This document shows, piece after piece, positions 63,183-64,000 of a stretch of DNA of 64,000 bases. This DNA is from Haliotis rufescens. Lineage: Eukaryota. The translations under genes and the position numbers were made by a program. Numbering within the stretch: the first letter of the stretch is position 1; every line of letters begins with the position of its first letter. The notes below the pieces were generated by a model that made no database searches, had not been told where the DNA came from, and worked only from the letters and a program-made list of their open reading frames with translations. Location of the stretch: contig NW_025964001.1 of assembly GCF_023055435.1 (NCBI RefSeq), positions 3,286,001 through 3,350,000 on the forward strand, in the 5' to 3' direction.

Positions 63183-63357
63183 ATACCAGCATACCTGTGG
63201 TCGAGTTACACCAGGGACCGCCATTTGCTTCTAAAGAACATTCTCAAGGATTGTAGTTACTTCTGATGGATCAGAAGTAACTACATTCCTTGAGAATGTT
63301 CTTTATCCTGGTAAATGGCGGTCCCTAGTGTAATTCGAACACAGGTATGCTGGTATA
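63183..63357. repeat. 175-bp near-perfect palindrome (fold-back element)
   Basis: Arms ATACCAGCATACCTGTG...GTAGTTACTTCTGAT and ATCAGAAGTAACTAC...CACAGGTATGCTGGTAT around a 2-nt GG centre. Confidence 0.9.
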
Positions 63358-63596
63358 TCTATCTGACACCAATGAACTAACTAATATATATATATAGCCA
63401 TGAAGTGATTTGTGTTTCAGCACCAGAACAGTGCTACAAGCCCTTGTAGTTTCAGGTCCATGGTCTCCTGATAGAACAGGTTAAAAGGTGGTGCGGGTTG
63501 TGATGGGGTAGGGTGGGTCCCAAGCAGAGTGACGATTTCCTGCAGTCAGCAGTATTCTAGTCTGGGCCAGACAAGATTACTTCTGATAGCATGCGA

Positions 63597-63763
63597 GTGG
63601 CAGACGGGTAGTCTTGAGGTTAAAGCGTTTGCTCCTCACGCCGAAGACCCGGGTTCGATTCCCGACATGGGTACGTTGTGTAATGCCCATTTCTGGTGTA
63701 CCCCGCCATGATATTGCTGGAATATTGCCACAACCTGCGTAAAACCATACTCATCCACTCACT
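63597..63763 (+). mobile_element. SINE family D
   Basis: GGTTAAAGCGTTTGCTCCTCACGCCGAAGACCCGGGTTCGATTCCCGACATGGGTAC..GATATTGCTGGAATATTGC. Confidence 0.88.
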
Positions 63764-64000
63764 GACACCATGAGCATGGACAGCTAACTCCATGTTCTAG
63801 TACGCTCGAATGGACAGTCATAGTGCCATACCCTAGGTTGAAGTATGGGAGAACTGACCCGACCATGGCAGGGAGCCGACAGTCTTCAAAGGCAGTAACA
63901 CAGACAGGTTCATATAAATAGATTTATTTTGCTATAAAAATGGTGTCACAGGGCAGCAACAGGCGAGGACATTAACTTGGACAAATACAAAAGTGAGGGG

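Overview
Repeat-dominated eukaryotic DNA, most likely an invertebrate. The SINE set and minisatellite style suggest a mollusc, possibly abalone (inference only). I see no bacterial operon, rRNA, intact tRNA gene or CRISPR array. The window contains: (1) about 25 copies of four short interspersed element families (A-D) sharing one 3' tail, three tRNA-headed and one (A) headed by a predicted pseudoknot plus hairpin; (2) more than ten minisatellite arrays with 22-102 bp units, which account for nearly all the long ORFs in the track; (3) a decayed Ty3/Gypsy LTR retrotransposon (~30.6-36.5 kb) with the unusual Gmr1-type order gag-PR-IN-RT-RH, carrying a nested SINE, MITE and L1/Tx1 fragment; (4) two further LINE RT relics, MITEs and long palindromes; (5) one non-repetitive 241-aa ORF (42684-43409) that may be the first coding exon of an unidentified host gene; (6) a near-identical 7,115-bp tandem duplication (43697-50811 / 50812-57926) that includes a same-length N gap and is probably an assembly artefact. 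The best candidates for novelty are the structured 5' head of SINE family A, its amplification as a hairpin-strengthened 102-bp satellite, and the Gmr1-order retroelement. All alignments and folds were done by eye.
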